64,000 bases of DNA from the human T2T-CHM13v2.0 reference genome, Homo sapiens, in assembly GCF_009914755.1 (NCBI RefSeq), contig NC_060926.1; one strand, 5' to 3'. The notes beneath the pieces were generated by a model. It searched no databases. It saw only the letters and a list, made by a program, of their open reading frames with translations, and was not told where the DNA came from. How positions within the stretch are numbered: the first letter of the stretch is position 1; each line of letters begins with the position of its first letter. The translations under genes and the position numbers were made by a program. This document shows positions 13,770 through 27,699 of this stretch, piece by piece.

Positions 13770-14390
13770 TGCTTAAAATTTGTCAGGCATGTATTCTGTC
13801 TTTATGTTCATGACAGTTCTATGAGATAGATACTGTAGTTATAATGACCCTATATGTACTTACCTATGTTGGTTACTATTATGGCTCCCATTTTATGGAT
13901 AATAACATTGAAGTTTATAAAAATTACAAACTTATATGTTTTGGCTCTGTATCCTCACCCAAATCTCTTGTGAAATTATAGTCCCCACGTATCAAGGGAG
14001 GGACCCGGTGGGAGGTGATTGGATCATGGGGGCAGTTTCCCCCATGCTGTTCTCATGATAGTGAGTTCTCATGAGATCTGATGGCTTAAAAGTGTGACAC
14101 TTTCCTCTCTCTCTCGTTCTTTCTCCTGCCTCCATGTAAGACTTGCCTGGCCCCACCTTTTGCCTTCTGCCATGATTGTAAGTATCCTGAGGCCTTCCCA
14201 TCACGTGGAACTGTGAGTGGGTTAAACCTCTTTTCTTTATAAATTACTCAGTCTCAGATAGTTCTTTATAGCAGTGGAAAAAATGGACTAATACACATAC
14301 TTTGCCAGAAGTTACAGTTTGTTATTAGCGTAGTGTTCAAGTACAGATGGCATGATTTTAGAGTATGAGCTTCTAATCACTATAGCATGC
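13770..14390 (-). mobile_element. MIR split by the MSTA LTR
   Basis: cccattttatggat lies before the LTR and cttctaatcactatagcatgcc after it. Confidence 0.6.
13932..14295 (+). mobile_element. MSTA-like MaLR solo LTR
   Basis: ttatatgttttggctctgtatcctcacccaaatctc...aatggactaataCA; flanks CAAAC/CATAC. Confidence 0.9.
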
Positions 14391-15944
14391 CACCAGGTAT
14401 GAGACCTCTAAGACCTTTGTTTCAATGTAAGTAGAAATGCCTCTTGTTAAAGATGTTTCCGCGTCTTAGAGTAGGTTGAAAAATTGTCAAGAAGAGTAAA
14501 GGGATTGATGACTCTTGGTCCTGCTGAGATATAAGCCATATAGAACTACACAGCGTCTTAGAAAAAGGATGCCCCTGTGTCTCACCCCTTGGTATGCTCC
14601 TGCTGTTCTGATGAGTAGTTTCTAGCAATTTATTCCTGAAAGTTGCCAAAACAGAAAAGAATAAGTGTCCTGTTGTCACTGCCTTCTTCCAAAACATATC
14701 AGCCAGGCAGGCTGTCTCCCCTCCTCTCCCAGTCTGATTTTCCCAAACTTGAACACTTTTTGTGTTTTTACCTCTGTCGCACCAGGATTTTCAGAGCCAT
14801 ATTTTTAATTTTTTTAATGCCTTAACTGATAAACTATTTTTTCAAAAATATATTTGTTAATGATTTGTACTGACTTCATAGACATCACATAGTCATGCTT
14901 TATTAGAATTATAGTAGATAGGTATATCCCTAGCGGTGTAAGAGGCAATTGAGGAGGAAGGATAATAGTAGGATGGAATAGATGTTTATAAAACTGGGAC
15001 AGTTCTAGTAAGAAGAGGGACAGAAAGGGAGAGAGCTGCATCTGATATCCATGGAAGGTGGTTTTCCCATAGGCAGTAAGTTGTCCTGATTTACTCTATG
15101 GCTGGTGAAGCAATTCTTAAGGAAATATTATCTACATTTTAGAACACTTATTGTCTAACTTATCAGGATTCATTCTTGAGCCTGGATTTAGTTTTAATAA
15201 AGATACTATTTCATGTTTATTATTAGTGCTATAAGAATATTATAGAGTAAATTATTCATTTTCCCTCTAAAGTAATGTCTATAATTTATGTAGTAATACC
15301 CACTTCTGGATATTAACTATATTACTAAAAGGTTAAAATTGTCTTCTTTTAGTCTATAAACCTATGGATTGATATTTCCTGAGACCTCCTATTTCTGTTT
15401 TTCTTAAATGAGATATATTTGAAAACAGGTCCCACAATGTGTGACACAGAGTAGGTGACTAATATATGTTAGAAATCATCTCCTTCTTTATATTTTCTAC
15501 ACTATAAAATTGTGCAGTAATTTAATTTAATCTCTGGGTGTTTCAATTACTTAAGAAGTTTTCCTAGAAAGTCTCTTAGTCAGTTAGTGCTGCTATAACA
15601 AAAACCTGAGATTGGGTAAGTTATAAAGAACAAAAATTTATTTCTCACAACTCTGGAGGCTAGGAGGTTGAAGATCAAGGGATTGGCAGGCTTAATGTCT
15701 GATAAGGATCCTGTCTTTGCTTCCAAGATGGCATCTTGAACTCTGTGTGCTCCAGGAGGGAAGAGTGCTGTGTCCTCACATGGCAGAAAGGACAGATGGG
15801 CAATAAAAGGTCTAGCTAGTTCCTCAAGACTTCGTATGGAGTCATAAATCCATGACCTAATCATTTCCTAAAGGTCTCACGTTTTAATACTGTTGCTCTG
15901 GAGATTACACTTCAAAAATCTTTGAGGGAGTACAATATTTAAAC

Positions 15945-16500
15945 CAAGCCTGTTAACCTGCAGCCTATGGGCCACATGTGGCCCAACACAAATTCTTGAA
16001 CTTTCTTAAAACATTATGAGGTTTTTCGGCATTTTTTTTTAGCTCATCCACTATCATTTGTGTTAGTGTATTAGTCCATTTTCACACTGCTATAAAGAAC
16101 TGCTTGAGACTGGGTAATTTATAAAGAAAGAGGTTTAATTGACTCACAGTTCTGTATGGATGGGGAGACCTCAGGAAACTTATAATCACAGCAGAAAGCG
16201 AAGGGGAAGCAAGCACCTTCTTCAGAAGGTGGCAGGAGAGAGAGAGAGCAAGGGGGAAACTGCCAAACCATCAGATCTCACAAGAACTCACTCACTATCA
16301 TGAAAACAACATGGAGGAAACTGCCCCCCGTGATCCATCACCTCCCACCAGATCCCTCCCTCGACACATGAAGATTACAATTCGAGATAAGATTTGTGTC
16401 AGGACACAGAACCAAACCATATTAGTTAGCGTATTTTATGTGTTGCCCAAGTCAATTCTTCCAATGTGGCCCAGGGAGGCCAAAAGATTGGACACCCCTG
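15945..16500 (-). mobile_element. MER30 hAT-Charlie MITE, interrupted by an MST/THE1 LTR
   Basis: caagcctgttaacctgcagcc...ccaaaagattggacacccctg; perfect 8-bp TSD ATTTAAAC at 15937-15944 and 16501-16508. Confidence 0.92.
16067..16424 (-). mobile_element. MSTA/THE1D-like MaLR solo LTR
   Basis: tgtattagtccattttcacactgctataaagaac...ccaaaccatatta; perfect TSD GTTAG at 16062-16066 and 16425-16429. Confidence 0.93.
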
Positions 16501-19334
16501 ATTTAAACCATAGCAGTCTCCTTTTCTTGTAACCATAACTAGACATGGACATGACTTCCATGGACTTTGCATGTAATAACACACACCAAATCTTATAAAC
16601 GATGGAGAGTACTATTACCTTGTTAATACCATATGAATCCCTGAACTAGTAACGCTACCATCTTTTTTATCTTGATAATACTGTGTACTGAAAAACTTTA
16701 GTAACACATATACATTAAAATTAATTCTTAGAATACCTACCTGTATCCTAACTCTTTGGATTTAATTTTAGGTTAAGATATACTTAGTAAAATAAAGCCT
16801 TGACAATCCTTTTTAAAATGCTGATCTTCATCTGCCCAATACTTTTTTTCCCTGATAATTACCATTCCTTAATTCAGTACTACAGAGTATCTCAAAAGTA
16901 ATGCTAAAAATGATGCTTTGGAGAGCTAAGGAGCAGAAATAATTCAGCTGTCACTCTTCTGTACAGTAGAAGGAAATGTCATGACTTCTAACTTCCAACA
17001 TTAATAACATAGAGCTAGGAAAGCTCTAAAAAGAATGTATTGTCTGAAAAATAAAACTGACACGATGTCATGATTCACATATTTTCAATTTGGAAAACAT
17101 GACTGTAGAAATTCATTGGGACTTTTAAAAGCTTGGAAGTTTACTGGAAGTAGGAACTATACTAAGGAGAACCATTTTTAAAGCAGGGCTTGAGTTGCCT
17201 ATGTGGTGTATATACCCCTACAATGCATTTCAAGCCTAATAATTATTTCATGGTTTTATAAATTAAATGTTGTTATAACAATTATAAAGAAAGTTATTTT
17301 GACAGGCAACTATGTAGATCAGAATATAAAGGCAAAGGTAGTTATTTCTTTATCCCATTTTGACAGAGAGTAATAGGTATTTCTCCAAAGTACTTAACAA
17401 TAGCAGAGAAAATGATGGTTAACAATAATTGTGAAACTGTTTTTCATATTCATAGCTATTGTAAAAATAAAACAAATATCCAGTGGGCTATTTGAAATTT
17501 AGTGAACTATCAAACACTTTTGTTGGTGAAATCACATATTAATCCAATTGCAAATCAAAGTTCCATCATATACATGAAGCTGCTTTATTTTTATTTCAGC
17601 TAATCAACAGTGAATCATAAGTTAACTGGTTTTTTTGTTTGTTTGTTATTTTACTTTATGCTGCTGTTGAATAAAGTCATAGCCTACTTTCTGAATGATC
17701 TCTAGCAAATTTACAAGATTATATGGCTTTTGACTGCAAACCTGTTTCTACTCTTCCATTTTGCTTTGTTGTTTTTTTTTTGCTTCATTTTGCTAATTTG
17801 TTTTATCTTTCTGTATTTTATGAGTAGTTATAAGCTACCTTAAATAAATTTTTGGAAGTAGTGGAAAATTTTTTAATCAGTGAAATTATTTTTTAAAATA
17901 TTTTTATTTGAGGAAGGAACCCCTGGGAATTCAAGATCAATCATCAGCAAAATACCCTTTGTCTTAAACCTCTCTTCTGAACCTTATTGCTGCTTCTTAC
18001 TCTGAATAAAAACCAATTCTTTCATAAGGACACTAAATCCCCAGTAGCCTCTGAAGTGGTATGTGTTTTCCTTCCACAACTATCCTGTAGCACCTGCTAT
18101 AACAGGTGAATTAAATGTTCTCCTTTTCTCTTCCCTAAAATTTTCCAGCTTTGAATTTCACATTATCAAACTATGCCACCTTTCCTCTCTGTATTGAAAT
18201 CATCTACAATCCCGAGTCATTCCTTCACTGTTTTAATTTTGTAACGCTTGGTTCATAGTTTGCCCCCAAATAACTCCATACTATGAAGCATATTATAATA
18301 TACAGAATAGAATGTACATATTATAATATACAACAGCATATTCTAATGTATAGTATTCTATATAAATATAGAATCACACACTCTTCTGAGGTACTGATTT
18401 CCTTGTACAAAAATATTCTCAACCAAATAGACACAGCATTCCAAGTCCTTGGTCCATTCAGTGAAGATGTGCCATTCTGGGCTAGTAATAGAATTATCAG
18501 TGCACAGTCCTATTCATATGGAAGATCACAACCAAGAAGTTAAATGATTTGCTGTAAACTCTTTCTGTCTGTTGAACTGGAGATAAGTAAATTAAAGGCA
18601 TTGAAATAATTTATGATATATTTATTGAATGCTGTGCCTTGACCTTCATAAACTGCATCATTTAACAAGACAAGTTTCAGACTTTAACCAATTTATAGTC
18701 ACTGAACAAACATGCCTCAGACTTACCTCTTTTTTACCTCATAGTTGACCAACTGCATGACCTTATTAATGAGATCACCACACATCTACATAGTACAGTT
18801 ACACTACTTAACAGATATATAATTATAGTACTGTATCAAAATTTACTTTATTAAATTTAGGAAAGAAGTTTCTAGAAGAATATATACAATATAATTAGCA
18901 CCTAATAAAGTTTTAGTGTGATATTTCCTGCAAATTTTAATCTATAACATTTGATAAGTAGTGCCCTATTTATACACTCCTTTTGTCTTTTAATTTTAAC
19001 TACAGTGTCATAAGCATACTTGCTAATGTAAGTATTCATTTTATGATCCCTATTAAATTTAAGATTTTCACTAATTAAATTCCTGGAGTTATAATGGGAC
19101 ATTAAAATTATTGGGAGAACTAGCAATGATAAATATATTTTCCTACTCGTTTGCATTTATATAATTTCAAATCAGTACATAAAAGCCAGAAACTAATTGA
19201 TTATAGTTGTTTTCTATAATCTACCTGGATTATGTAGTATGGAGCAATTTAATTTTAGAGATACTCTTTGGCTTTTATCTATAAAATACTTTTAGTTCTC
19301 CCACTTGAATAAATGAGACAAGTCTATTAAATAC

Positions 19335-19540
19335 TAACTTATTAAATCCTTAGCACTGTGCTAAACTCCATTGTCTCATTAACTCAAGAAATCCTCAGAA
19401 ATATCACTACTGTTATTTTAAAGAGCAACAAGCTTGGGATACAAAGTAGATATAACAAAACAATTAGAAACAGCAGAGCCAAGATTCAAATCTTAATCTC
19501 CATAATTCCACAGATTCCCCTTAAATTCTACATCACTATG
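19335..19540 (-). mobile_element. MIR, degenerate
   Basis: gcactgtgctaaac...tctcattaactc...cagcagagccaagattcaaatc. Confidence 0.5.
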
Positions 19541-21654
19541 TAGAGTAAAGTTTGACCTTGTTATTCAGTAAGTAGTCAGTCCTTGAGGACAATAACAATT
19601 TACAAAAGTAAGCGCCTTAATGTCAGTGTTTACATGGGAATTTGTGTTTTACTCATGGCTTATATGATAAATTGGCAAATTTGCTATCCTGATAACAAAT
19701 TGAACATTCAGTCAATGTGGGGAAGAACCAACCACAACCTGAACTTCTCCCAGAAAGTGTGTTTACAGCAGCAAGCCAAAAGCACTTTCTGTGGAGTGGC
19801 TAAGACTGTTGAGAGAAGAGAAAGTTACTTTTTCTCTCCCTGCATTTGCCCTAGGCTTTTGCCAGACCATCCACCCACTTTGCATTCTTTCCTGAAGGCT
19901 CCTGGCAGGATTTCTATAGGCGTAGATTGACAGATGGGGTTCTAGTAACTGAGGCCCCTCCAGCTCCAATGGGATGTCATCAAGGACTTTAAAAAGGCCT
20001 TTCCCCAAACTACCTGCTTTATAAAATGCTATCTATCTTCAAATAAAGAGTTAATCATGATTAAGTGGCAGTAACTCTGAGAGTCTCTAGGAAAATCCCA
20101 TTCTAGAATTTATTGGGCTTTATGGAGTGATGCTTCCTGGGTTTGTGCAGATGTTTCCACCTGAATATTCACTAAACGAGTGTGTTTCTGGAGCAAAGAG
20201 AATACCATTTGTTTTCTTTTTTTTTTTTTTTTTTGCTTGTGGCAAGCAGTATCCATAATTTCTATGGACAAACATAATTTTGAAATTTGTACTAGGTTAG
20301 CCCTGAAATGAGATGGAATAAGTATCATGACTCTAACGCTATTATAATGCTATGTTGTTGCCCATACTTCACTTATTTGTGTATTTTAATAGCATGCATC
20401 ACTTTGAATGAAAACAATCAAATTAATCTCAGAATTGAGTCAGTATTTGTATTTTATATTTTGCATTATTATCAAGGAACTGAAGTGGCATGTCACAAAA
20501 TGCTTCAACTGAAATTACGTTAAGTGGTTTACTCTAATCTTCAGACATATTAATAAATGAAACTACATAGTTCATTAATTACCATTCCTATGTAACAATT
20601 AGATGCACAGTTCATATTTCAATTAATAAATGGAAGTGCACAGAGTCAAGGCTCATTTCAAATACCAGTTCTGTAGTCTGAAAATACCAAGCTTAAATAT
20701 TTGATATATTAATCAAATATATCATGAAAAATAGGTATAGTTCTTTTTGAGAAAGTGATATGCTGCAATATAGTTCTGTATATATAAAGGGAAGTTTTTT
20801 ATATAATTTGGGATTATAGTTACTAATCAGGCTATTAAATTTTTATAACAGTTCCAATAAAATCATAAAGGTCTATGATAATACCAGGATTAGAAATTTA
20901 AAAGGGCAGCTGAAAAATACTCGTAGAAGTTGCCCAGGAATGTGCTACCACTGATTTTTTTAAAAGGCCAAGGAAAATCAAATAGAATCAGCATACAGTA
21001 GGGTTCGAACAAAACCCATTAAACATTACAGTGAAGCATTACATAACTTTACTAAATAGCACTATTTAGTGATAATTGACTTCAAGTGTTGAGAAAACTA
21101 AGTCAAATTATCTTTAAAAAACAGGGATTTAAAAAGTAAACAAAATTACCAAACTGAATTTAGAAGTCTATAATAAGATTGGCCTAATTGTAACAAAAGC
21201 ATGATTTGCAATAGTGGAAGCAGAATACTTCCTCACTTTTACAAAAGGGGAAGAGAGAATTAGGCTGTTTATTAGCTGCTAAGATAAAACAGCTGATCAC
21301 CTCATAGCTGTATCTGATTGCAGACTGATTAAAGTGAGATGGACCCAGTTGATTATACAAAGAGTACTACACTCCTTTCCCGTACTCCACAATTGTCAGG
21401 ACCCCACCATATTTGGATGCTTGATGTTCCTGTCTTCCCGTCTGTCATTTAGTGAGCCAAAGTCACCAGCTTCCCAGCAGATTCCTTTCAGCCTACTAAC
21501 AGAATTATATTGACTCTATAAAATAATAAGAAAAAAAATGGCCCTTGTGGAAAAGAATAAAAGCCACAAACCCATTATTCTAGCATTACTTTGGGATCTG
21601 GAACCAAATAATACACACCTGGACACATCATTCGACACCATTTGCTTTTGGAAG

Positions 21655-21875
21655 CAAATATTTATTGAGTGCCTGCTATGTGTCAATAGGCACTTTACCC
21701 ACACAATTTTTTTTTCCCACAGCCCACTTGTAAGTACAGGGGACATCTATCTACATTTTATAAACTAATAAGCTGCAGTTCAGTGGCATTAAAATTCATA
21801 GACCTAGCAAGCAGCAGAGCCAGAATTCAAAGCTTAAGTCCACGTGACTGTCACTCTGAAACTTATTTGCATAGT
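21655..21875 (-). mobile_element. MIR
   Basis: atatttattgagtgcctgctatgtgtca...ctagcaagcagcagagccagaattcaaa. Confidence 0.65.
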
Positions 21876-21889
21876 TCCACCAAGCCACG

Positions 21890-21992
21890 TCCACAGGGAT
21901 CTTTAACTTTTCTGTTCATCACTTTCTTTTCAAGTATCTGGAACAGTGCCTGGTACACAGTAGGTCTTCAGTAAACAGCTGTGGAATAAAAG
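21890..21992 (+). mobile_element. L2 3' tip
   Basis: ctgttcatcact...ctggaacagtgcctggtacacagtaggtcttcagtaaa. Confidence 0.65.
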
Positions 21993-22704
21993 AAGCTCTA
22001 CTCTGGTGCAGAGCCTGCTCTCCCTAGTGGCTCTGTAGGAGGCCACCGACATTAAGCTTGTCTCAATATGTTCCAGCTCAGAGTGTTTTTTGTTATTGTT
22101 GTATGTTTATTTTCTTTACGGTTCCTTGTGTTGAATCTTTAAACCTGGAAGGTAAAACAGGATCCAGCCTTCTTTGCTTTGACCTTCATAGCACACTAAT
22201 GACAGTTCTGCATACAGCAATGCTTTGCAGAAATAGACCGTATTAATCATTGACAGAAAGTTTGTTAAAAGAAATCAATAAATCTGCATTTCAGGAGTAT
22301 CATTAGCCCACACTCATTTTTCACTCAAAAGAACTATGCACCACCTATCAAGACCTGAAGAGTAGATTTTTCTCCTTTTCTACAAAAAATGAGGACAGGA
22401 GTTTGAGTAACAGACTCCCTTAATATGATCACTCATTTTCTATGATATTCAAATATGAAAAATAAGTTCTGCTTGTAGCATGGGAGGAGGTTTTCTTAAA
22501 AATGGCTTAAGAGTTCAAAGCAAACAATAATCACTTACAGCTAGAAAACTACGCTGTGGCAATAATTGTATATTTGAAAACTTTTTGTTGCAGTTGATTT
22601 GGTTTGTTCTCAAATAATGAGGCTTTGGGTAGAATGGAGTGAAAGAACCTGTAAGAAAAATAAGGCACTCTGGTCATTGAAGATGTGTGTGTAGCCTGTG
22701 GCAG

Positions 22705-22803
22705 CAGGTCAGAGGTTTGGGTCTATTTTGTTCACTGATGTATCCTCATATCTGAAACAGGACCTGATACATAGAGTATGCACAATAAATATTTTTGAGA
22801 TGG
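22705..22803 (+). mobile_element. L2 3' tip
   Basis: gtctattttgttcactgatgtatcc...aacaggacctgatacatag...caataaatattt. Confidence 0.65.
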
Positions 22804-23814
22804 ATTAGGACATAGAAATCATAACGATAATCCAGTGTCTCAGAGAAATCCTGTGAATGGTAAGCCCTGAAAGATGAGGGGTGCTAGAGCATTTAAAGAA
22901 TCTTCTCTCCAAAAGGGAAAATAAGAGATAAATTTATCTCAAGAGAGCTCGGAGGGCACTTGAAATATCAGGGGTTTCTGCAAATAAATATATTTAGTGT
23001 TCAGGCACATAAGTACATTTGGGAAGATTATTTTGTGTAAGTTTAAACATGAAGTAGAACAATGATCAGTATGTTGTATAGTCAAAAGCTTAAGTAAGTT
23101 CCATGAAAATTAAGAATGAAATATAGATGCTTATTATTACCGTTGCACAACATTGCTTTTTAACTAATTTTGTGATCAAGGAAAATTAAATAATTAGTAA
23201 CCATATTGGCGAGGAAAAAGATATATTTCCTTTTATTGATAATTAGATTCCAGCGCACTTAAATTTAAAAAATAATACTACTAGATTTAAGAGAATTTGG
23301 TAAGCTGACCACATACTGGGTAAACATTCCTTATATAGCAATATATTGTTATAAGTAGAATTGAAAAATAATCTAACTTACCAAAACTTATAAAGCAACT
23401 AAGAATATATTTAGCATGAAATATACTCAGCCTCACTAAGAAACAGAATAAACACTTACTTAAAAGACCCTCACAAAGAGATATATTATATGTGTAGATA
23501 TCCTAAAAATCCCACTTGTCTCATGTTATATAAAAATCTGATTAAATTGCAATGAGAATTGCAAATAAATTAAATTACAGTGGGAGTTCAGAAGAATAAA
23601 TGTTTGAAAGTAACCAATACCAGTTTGAGGAAAAAAAAAAAAAACAACAAAAACTTGCGTATGTGTTGGTAAGGATTGTAGCTGCTTCAAGAACCAAAAC
23701 CCAAATCCTAGTGGCTTAAAATAGGGTTTTTATTCTTGCTTACTTTGCAGTTCATTGTGGGTGGGTTGGTTCTTTTTATTTGCTTGATGTGGCTGTTATT
23801 ATTTCATTTTTATT

Positions 23815-24000
23815 TCTAAGCATAAATTCATTGAATGTTCATTCTGTGCTAGTCGCTGGTTGTATTTTCTCATTTAATTCTCACAAGAACACTGAGATTT
23901 TCCCTATTTTATGAATGAGGAAAGCGATGCTACGAAAGGCAGAGTGAAACAGTGGAATCAGTATTCGGAAACTCATTTTATCTGACTGTAATGTACATGG
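23815..24000 (-). mobile_element. MIR
   Basis: tctcatttaattctcacaagaacactgag...ccctattttatgaatgaggaaa. Confidence 0.6.
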
Positions 24001-26630
24001 AATATTCTTTTGACTGCCTTTGTTTTTAAACCGCTCTCACAATAGAAACATTATATAACATAAATCTGAACTAGCTAAATGGATGTGGCATAGATAAGTA
24101 ATACTATCCTCAGTTTTCACATCTGTAAAATAATGCAAGTTACATGAGAATATTTCCACAGCCCATGTGTTTTATAATCATGTGATTCTCTAGTGAGAAA
24201 TGAATTGTGAAGCTTGCCTGGCTCCAAACCCCATGCTTTTGGTTTTCTATTCAAGTTGATGCTTATTTATTTTTATAACACTTCTGTTGATAGCAATACA
24301 GATAAATGCCCTATTTACTCCACCTGTCTCACTCTTCAGATGTGAAGGATGTTTGAGTGTGGGAGGGACTCCACAGGCAGGACAAAAACTCGCTGCTTCT
24401 TAGTGTGACCATGTGGTACAAACTCGGTGGGAGAGCCTCCTGAGCAATGAACACAGTTTCTTGTTTATAGCAAGTAGACTTGTTTGGACTTAAACATGGA
24501 AATTGTATTTTAAAACAAGAGACTATAAAAATAATATACCCTATATCCATGTAAAACATGAACAAATACAATGTAATAAATAATTGTTATAATAAAATGA
24601 GGAACAAATATTAAATATAAAATGTGGACTTTTTAATACTCAGTCCATATTTTAAAAATTTTCTATCAAAACTTCCTTGTCCTTTAAAGGGATAACCTTT
24701 TTAGAGTATTTAATTTAAAATTTAAAGTATAACCTTTTGTTGGTGTATCTATTTTAGTTTTTTTCAGGATTATAGTTTTGATTAATAAGTTTAAATCCAG
24801 TTGATTCTGACCCTGCTTTAGCAAATGACTATTATGATGTGCTTTTTAAAAATGGCTTTTTCTGTATTGCTTGGCAATGGGACCATAGGAAGTCAGCCAA
24901 ATAAAGGCTATAAAATTAAATTAGCTTACTCCTATATAGCTTATCTACTAGGTACAGTTGAGTAGCTAACAGGCTTAAATACTTTTCCTTTTTTTTGCAC
25001 ATATGGAGTCAAATTGCCTCAAAGAAAATTAGTCCCATCATATTTGAGGCTCTGCAACATTGGTTACAAAGATATATACGCATTTTTAAAAAATAATGAG
25101 AATATTCATTGTTATGCCACCAATATTTATTAATCTTGAAGCAATATAAAACTTTTATATTATAAAAAGTAGGAATTATTCTCCCTTAATATTTTACAGT
25201 AATTCTGTAGAGAACATATTATCTACATAAAATTGGCATATTTTGAATTTACTATACATAAAATGTGTATTCCAGACATTTTTGTTATAAATGATGTCCT
25301 TTGTATGTTAAATACTGTCAAATTTCATAGCAGTTAGACTTCGTAACTCTTTAGCTATTTAATTGTTATTTTTCTGATATTTAAAAACAGTCCTACATTA
25401 TTCATAGTGATTCTGAAACATTTGAGGAAGGAAAGCAGATATTCTAAATGAGTCCATATGATGTCCAACACTGCTCTCTACTGGCAAAGAAGCAAGTTAT
25501 AAAACAACTATTCAGCCTTTCAAGTGAAAAAATCTTCCATTTTGAATAATATTTGATAACGAGGGTAGAATCCTCAAACTTCCACACATTTTGTTAAATA
25601 GGATACAGTGAAAGAATGGAAGAAATGAATATAGACATCACTTGTGGAAATTAGCTTAAAAGAGAAGTCTTTGTTTCATTTTAACTATTTGAAAAATAAT
25701 TATAGGAATTTTGGAAAATATTAACCAAATACGACATATCTTACTAGCATTTTAAGAGTCACCAAGGTAAATATTTTGTTTACAATAGCAAGTTTGATAA
25801 CATTTCTATAGATTTAATTTCAGCAGACTGCAGCCTGTAAAATGCTGTCTTTTGTACATCTGCCTAAACAATAAGTATTCAAATACATTGAGTGGAGAGA
25901 TACATGGGGTGGAGTATTTATGTTGAATATAAAATTATGTCTATAGTATCAGAAACTTGTTCTGTATTTATCAGAGTCTTTATAGAAGATTTAAAAAAGA
26001 CATTTACTAGTTTGTAAAATCTGATGAACTATATGCCATGCTGTTATAACTTTCATTATATAGACTAATAATACACAAAACATTTTTAGATCAATGACTA
26101 CATCTTACCTTTTATAATCTAATATTCTAAATTTCCCATCTGTGTTTTATATCATTCTTATCTGTCCATTTTGCTTGGGAGTCATATTCAATGTTTTAAT
26201 CTCAAAGTTCAATATATGTAGATACAATCACTTATACCTGCATATTTACACAATAATGCCAAATTATATAGTAATTGATGAGGTTTTGTTAGGTTTGCTT
26301 AATATTGTCATTGGCCGATCACTTTTATTTTAATGTAAATTGAAAAGATAATGTGCAATATTTTTAAGAAAGCCACTTCTTGGCTGTGAGGTAAAAGTTG
26401 ATGCTTATTTTCATTGATACATTTTCTGGAGTGTTCTCATTTTTCTTAGTGAACATATATTAATATTAAAATTAACGTATTTATTCATAAATAAACAGAA
26501 AAACCTTGTTGCATTTTCCAGGCACAAGCACACAATTGTGCAAGACACACACTTGTACTCATGTAAACTCTATGGCCTGATATTTCTTAAAAAAAAATTC
26601 ACCGTAATAAATTTTGTCTATTTGGATTTA

Positions 26631-26857
26631 CAGCAGGGCCTTGAATAACACTCTTTGATTCAATGTTGTTTTATTCCATGTTATTGGTTATAAGGTTGAT
26701 GAGAAAAAAAATATCAGTTCCCAGACAGGGCTACTGTCTGTGTGGGGTTTTCAGGTTCTCCCCATATCTGCGTGGGTTTTCTCTGAGTACTCCTGTTTCC
26801 TCCCATATTCCAAAATGCGCAGGTTTGGTAACTGATCTGTCTAAATGGTCCCCTTCT

Positions 26858-26921
<64 letters not shown>

Positions 26922-27281
26922 CCTGCCACTGGGTGGCGTCCTGTCTAGGGCTGTTTCCAGCTTTGCCCCGAGCTATCGGGCAAGGCTCCTGCCACCTGGG
27001 ACCCTGAGCTAAAACAATTGAGTAAACAATTATCTTACTTGTTTCTATTGATCTTTCTTAAATGTATGTATAGCTCACATTTATTTTGGTGTTTAACATT
27101 GGAAGTATTTCGGTCTTTATTTAGAAGTTTGCTGATATTTTTGTGACCAGAAATATGGTGTAGGAACTTAACTGTTGTTTATATCGGTTAGCCTATGGTA
27201 AAATTGGTTGTGTTATATGTCCTTCAGCTTAAAGTTGCAGTTTCAAAGAACCTATTGATGCTGTTAAGTGAGGACTTATTG
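26631..27281 (+). mobile_element. MER6/MER6A TcMar-Tigger non-autonomous element
   Basis: Ends cagcagggccttgaataac and gttaagtgaggacttattg, each flanked by TA; internal ttctccccatatctgcgtgggttttctctgagtactcctgtttcctccc. Confidence 0.9.
26861..26918. repeat. (TG)29 perfect microsatellite
   Basis: 58 bp of uninterrupted TG. Confidence 0.97.
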
Positions 27282-27699
27282 TACAGAAAAAATAAATAAA
27301 TAAATAAAACCCTGAACACTTTAAGTAAGAAAAAAATGCAGGAACAAATATCACTTGCCAGACAACACATAACTTTTTTCTTTTGCTCTTTGCCAAAGTG
27401 AAAAATAACACTGAATCTAATTGTATGAAGCAAAATAGTCTGAAACATTATACTCCTTTTTTCATCATTGCTAATTTTTTTTGTTTTCTCACATGGAGGA
27501 ATTAAGACATAAAGTTGCAAAACATAAAAATGAGTATTTTTACACAATTTTAAATAATGTTGAATATACCAGTGTCCCATTTTTAAGAGACTGTCAATGA
27601 AATATTCCTGTATGCCTCTTTCAGGTAAATAGCAATAAAAAATAAACCTTTTGGGATTAGCTTTTAATATTTGTCAAAATTCCCTTTCGATCCATCTAA

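Larger units (their letters stand above)
15574..16515 (-). mobile_element. MLT1A-like MaLR LTR interrupted by MER30
   Basis: tcttagtcagttagtgctgctataac at the left end; terminal aaaccatagca resumes after MER30. Confidence 0.85.

Noticed and set aside
18283-18375. Repeated catattataatataca words and an 86-aa ORF start
   Set aside because: AT-rich low-complexity sequence with no coding signal or regular periodic array.
26663-27007. ORFs with CVCVCV / THTHTH runs
   Set aside because: They are translations of the (TG)29 microsatellite inside MER6.
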